From assembly GCF_009914755.1 (NCBI RefSeq), contig NC_060942.1: a stretch of DNA of 64,000 nt. The stretch is one strand, 5' to 3'. Shown here in pieces: positions 58,883 to 64,000 of this stretch. The position numbers were made by a program, and so were the translations under genes. This DNA is from the human T2T-CHM13v2.0 reference genome, Homo sapiens. The notes below the pieces were generated by a model. That model had not been told where the DNA came from. It searched no databases and saw only the letters and a list, made by a program, of their open reading frames with translations. Position 1 is the stretch's first letter, and every line of letters begins with the position of its first letter.

Positions 58883-61257
58883 ATGAATGAAATTTCAGCT
58901 CTTCATTTATACCTCATTTAAAGGATGGCTTCATTCAATGAAACAGTATCTGTGAGAACAGATTATAAACTTGAAAGTGCTTATAATTGTCATCACTACC
59001 ACCTCCACCACTATCAGCCCCAAAAAGTCCATAGACCACAAGATCTGGGATAGCTAATAAGTGTCATCTTCCAGCCAGCTTTATCAATTGGGAGTGGTTT
59101 CTTGGAGCTCTGGGTTGAGAAGGACTCAGGCTGCACACAGGATCCAAGGGAAAATATAGTTATGTCTATTATGTGAAGACATGATGAGCAGAGGGTGATC
59201 ACATGAGAATCAGAAGGTGAACATGCCAGGCATGGGTGGGAAGGCTGGCCTTTTGGATTATGATACTGGCCAAAACTTCAATAATGACTCAAAGCCCTAT
59301 TACATTGCCCAAGAATTACATCACCTCTTGTCACCCTATGACTCATGTTGTAACCACAGATAAAAGAACAAAATTTTAGTGAAATAGAAGAGCCTGGAAA
59401 GTTTTAAATGAGCTGTATCTCACAATACAAAGCCTTCTTCCAACATTTTTAGAACTTACATTTTAAAAGTTATGATTTTCAAATTGATTAAATGAAACAG
59501 AGGTGATCATTTTAGCCTTGGGAACTTCTCACCATCCTCAATCTTCAATTCCCAAAATTACATTCAAAAATAGCTTATTCAAAGCATTTATTTTAAAAAG
59601 AAACATCCTCAGACTAAAGAAATAAAAATTGAGTTAGAAACACTTGTACTTTCTAGACCTCTGTTGTCAGGATATAGATTGGGCTGTCAACAGCATGACC
59701 AGACAAAAAGATGAGCGAATGAAATAATGGGTGCAGTACTGGGGCCATTCCAGTTCCTCAAATTCACCACTCTGATTAACAATACATTTAAGGTGGGTAA
59801 ATGGAGAGCAACAGAACAATACCAGCTTCACTGTAGAGTTACGGTCTGCTTCTGCTAGAAACTCATTCAAGAGAGTAATTCACTACTGAGACATCTCCCC
59901 CTTTACTCCCCTTTGCTGCTCAAAGGACCTTTTATAAGGTTTACGTATAGTTGTCAGATTTTAAGTTGTACTCTTATAGTTGGAAATTAAATCACAAAAC
60001 AACCTTCCCCTGTCATGACTAAAAATGTTTAAAATGTGCTCTTACAAAATAATCTTATTTTAAACATATTTCCCTCCAATGTGACTTGTTCCAAGTAGTT
60101 TCTCTAGTGAGAAAAGCTACATATTAGTTTATTTCTCTGCAATTTGCAAGGTCTTTGATATAAGGGATATTTGAAATGACCTTGGTGTCACATAGCATCT
60201 GCTGGCTGATAAAGATTACCTTTGACCTGTACCTGAGGCAAAGGAGACACAATGACCTTGAATTGATTTCAGGTAACATTATACACTCCAGAGAAACAGG
60301 TGTTGGTGGAAGGCTGAAGCCACTCAATTCAGCCCAGTTTCACATATATACTCATCTTATATTGTCATGCTGTGGCTCTAACTTTGACAATAGAAATCAA
60401 AGTTCAATTTTGTGCAGATTAAATATAAATATGATTACCAAAATTTTTCAACCAGCCATGTTTTAATTGAGTGAAGTAAAATAGGAACAGGGATCTTCAT
60501 AAACATTGGCATGATTGGGTTACTTATTTTTAATCCCCAGATGGAGAATTTTACCCACCTCACTGAAGCTATTGATCAATCAAGTAAACTTTTTATACAA
60601 ATGTAGACAAAGTTGCCAGTGAGATTCTTCAAGGCATTTACAAAGGAGGTAGAAAGACAAGTTCAACACACATGAAACAACTAGGAAAAAGTATTAGCGT
60701 ATATTCTCAAGAGTAGTCAGAAGTCAAGATGAGTATATAAGGAGGGAGAAAAATGAGAGGCAAAGTATCAAAGTCTCCATGGAGGTGGGAAAAATATAAA
60801 ACCTGAAAAGATGATTAAGGTTTGAATAAGTAAAGGGGCAAAGGAAAAAGAAGAAGGGAGAAGGGAGACCATTTTCTGAGGTTACTTACCAAAGCTATGG
60901 TCCTCTTTTATCGTAACTTATTGCTTCTACAACAATAAAGACTTAAAAATTTCTAAGATATTTCTACATTTTAATATTTCAGAAATAAGGGTGCATCCTC
61001 CAATGGAATATCATGGCTTAATTGGCAATAATTTTCTATCATGAAGGTACACAATAGTACTCAGTTTTTCTTTCAGTTGATGTTCTCTTAAATCCACAGA
61101 TACAGACATATAATCATAACCTAAATCACAGAGGCAGTGAAGACTGGACTGATCCTCCATATTACACTGTAAGGCTACATGATCCTGGTTTATGATTTAC
61201 TTTTCTTTATGATTCCACTGCACTCAAACCTGATTTAACCATATATCAAAGGAGGAA

Positions 61258-61985
61258 TGTGTCAGTTTATTGCCTCTCACTTCCAAATCTACCCTCTGTT
61301 GCCTGCTCATGATACTAAAACCTTTCTCCCTTGGCAGTTGGCACGATGTTGATCTTTGCCAGAAGAGACATGAAATGACCCTGGAGGAAGAAAGTCTTCT
61401 TCTCCTGGATCTGGCATGCTTTTATTTTTCCTGCTTCTGCTGCAGTCGTTGGTATTCACTCAGTGAATTCACCCCTGGTGAGTTTAGTGGCTCTTCTGAG
61501 TCAGCTACCAAGCAAGTTCCTTGGACACCCCAGATCGCTTTCTGAAGGTGGGTTTCATGAAGTGCCCCACCCAGCTTCACGATGTCTTCCTAGCAAAAGT
61601 TTCCTGGCAATGGCTTCCTGTTAAATTCAAAGAATCTTCCTTTCCTGAGAAGTTTCCTGGCTAATATCACTGACACACAGCAGGCAATTCTCTGCCTGGC
61701 CATCTTGAGCCACTGATTTTGGATAAGCACTGGACTTGGCAACTCAGCAAACCACTGCCATTCAGTGAGTTACAACCCACCCACTGAAGTCTGAATCCTT
61801 GCCTTGGAATGAATTCTTCCCTTCCAGGTTTATTCCCTCCTTGGGTACTCTCCCCTTCAGTCATTTAAGTTCTCATTTATCCCCTCTTAGTTAATCTGTT
61901 ATCAGTTAATAACTCTTTATCTTAAACCATCCCTATTCAAATTATTATGAGGTTTCCGTTTCCTGATTAGACCCTGCCTAACACA
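61258..61985 (+). mobile_element. LTR41-like ERVL solo LTR
   Basis: tgtgtcagtttattgcctctcacttccaaatctaccct...tttcctgattagaccctgcctaacaca, with TG...CA termini. Confidence 0.7.
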
Positions 61986-63888
61986 ATAGGGAAAGAGCTG
62001 GCAAGACACCAAAAGCTTCAGATTCTTTAGAAATTAAAATGGATCTCATATGAAAAACCTGAAGACTTATCAATCACCTTTCTCAGTCAAGGCCCACTCA
62101 TGAGAGCAAAGTACAAAGTGTGTGTTTGGGTCAGGGCTGGGGTAAGAAACAGAATGGGTTGACTGGGAAAAGCAAGAAGTTTATGCCATGTGACTATAAT
62201 GAAGGGCTATTTGTGCATCATTGTCAAGGGGCTTCTAATGATTTTAAACCACCTAGAAAGCTCATTTCTTTCAACTCCTGTCCTAAAAGATGAACCTCAC
62301 CATCAGAGCTACCAATGCCTTTGGATCCTGATCCTAGCCATGAGTCATCCTGATGCATTCACATACAACATAAAAGATCCTTTCACCACTAGGAAGTTTT
62401 TGCAGCCTGACAAGCATCTGGATGTTTCCAAACAACTGGATATTTAACATTGCAAAAACAAAACAGTTGCCTGACAGTTTAATGTTTTCATTTTTTATCC
62501 AGATGTTTTAGTATCTTATGAGCACTTTCTCACTATTTTCATGCAATATATCCTTGTAGAACTTGGCATTTTAAAGATTATATTGTTTTAACATTGAGAA
62601 GTAAAATTAAATGTGAAAATAAAAGGAGTAAAATATCTTTCATTTCCAACTGAAAAATATTATGAGTAGATTCGTGGCTATAAAGAGATGGGAAGGATTT
62701 GCCAAAGTGAATTACAGTCTAATCTTCATTTTAAAAAATAGCTTTGTTATATTTAGACTTTAGTTTTCCTTTGTATTTGCAAGTTAGAATATCTATAATA
62801 TTAAAGTATATATTTGAACTATTATACTTTAAATAAAGTATAGTATTTAAACTCCAGTTGAAGGACCTTATAAAGTACACAAAGGTATTAGATTACTTTC
62901 ATAAAATAGTTCATTTCTTACTTATAACTTTTAAAATAGTACAAAAATTAAGTTTAAAAAATTCCTTAAAATTCTAAATCTTTTCCTGAACAAGAAAACT
63001 CCTTAATCTGAAAAATAAAATTCTACCTTACTCTCATGAACCTTATTCATGCATTACTTGTATCTCTCTGATACCTTTTATTTTTTTTCATTTCCTGAAC
63101 ATGTATTTTTTTGTAAATGGACCTTCTGTCAGGATATCATCTCGGCCTTCCATATCCTTCTATATCCTTACAGTTTTTCTCGCTTTAATTCTTGAAGTCC
63201 AAGATAAATGAAATAAAAAGACAAATATGAGTTTGAGCAAAAGGGCTTTTATATCGAACAAGAAAAAGACTTCATTCAGATCCTCTAAAGATAAATTGAG
63301 GATGGTTATTTTTATCTATAGCTGTAAAGTCATTTTCAGCTGAAGACCAAGAATAGGAAGCAGAAGGCTCTTCCTCTGGTTTTGTTGTGTTCAGTGTGTT
63401 TTGGATGATCTAAAGCAGCAACATGAGTCAATGTTCCACAGATGGAGGCCACTGGAGAGATGGCTCAAAACCCAGACATTTATTTTATATATACACACAC
63501 ACCATTCTCTGTACAGATTCACAGAATTATTCACATATATAACTCCCTTTAGGCCTGTACTGTATTGTCGATTCCATCAATATTGTAATGTAGACACTCA
63601 AATGCCTCAAAAAGCACATGAGCAGGTAGCATCATCTTCCACTATTATCTGCAACAAGAACAATGTCGGTATTTCTCTGAATATGTGGCATGCAAAGAGT
63701 ACACCCACCATCTGCTGAACTTGTCAATGAATGTGTTTCTACCATAGACATAGAACACAATGGGAAGGAACATTGGAAAGCACCGAATTCCTCGGTTAAA
63801 GATAAGAAAACTAAAGGTAGATGAGGATGTGTGACATTTCTAAGATCTCCCCAAAGAGCCTGTGGAAGATCTAGGAGCAGAATATCTC

Positions 63889-64000
63889 TCTTTTAATTTT
63901 TTTAAGTGTTTTCATTTTTTTAACTTTTAAGTTCAGGAGTACAAGTGCAGGATTTTTACATATGCAAACTTGTATCATGGGGGTTAGTTGTATAGATTAT
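63889..64000 (-). mobile_element. L1PA (older subfamily) 3' end, continues beyond the window
   Basis: T-rich tail followed by ttttaagttcaggagtacaagtgcagg...tcatgggggttagttgtatagattat. Confidence 0.8.

Noticed and set aside
63401-63718. 105-aa ORF in unique DNA
   Set aside because: It has a TTG start, no recognisable domain and no supporting splice or promoter context, and the length is within chance.

Overview
This window is primate (human-like) genomic DNA. It is AT-rich and CpG-depleted, with no CpG island, no recognisable host protein-coding exon and no RNA gene, so it is intergenic or deep intronic; I could not name the locus. Roughly half is interspersed repeat: about 10 Alus, several decayed L1s plus a HAL1, L2/MIR relics, solo LTRs (MER4, MER34/39, MER50, MER31, MLT1, MST, LTR41-like) and DNA-transposon relics (MER30, MER47A). 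The only ORFs I can assign are broken L1 ORF1/ORF2 pieces; the rest are Alu read-throughs or chance. I found no convincing new biological system. The best second-look items are structural: (1) a perfect 25-bp minisatellite made of palindromes at 4370-4515; (2) a ~280-bp copy of nearby DNA inserted ~1 kb away inside a 66-bp direct repeat at 24452-24865; (3) nested insertions with a twin-priming L1 inversion at 1-2290; (4) two LTRs tail-to-tail sharing one 5-bp target site; (5) oddly deleted L1s. Subfamily names come from recalled consensus sequences, not a database search. Boundaries without a quoted TSD are approximate.
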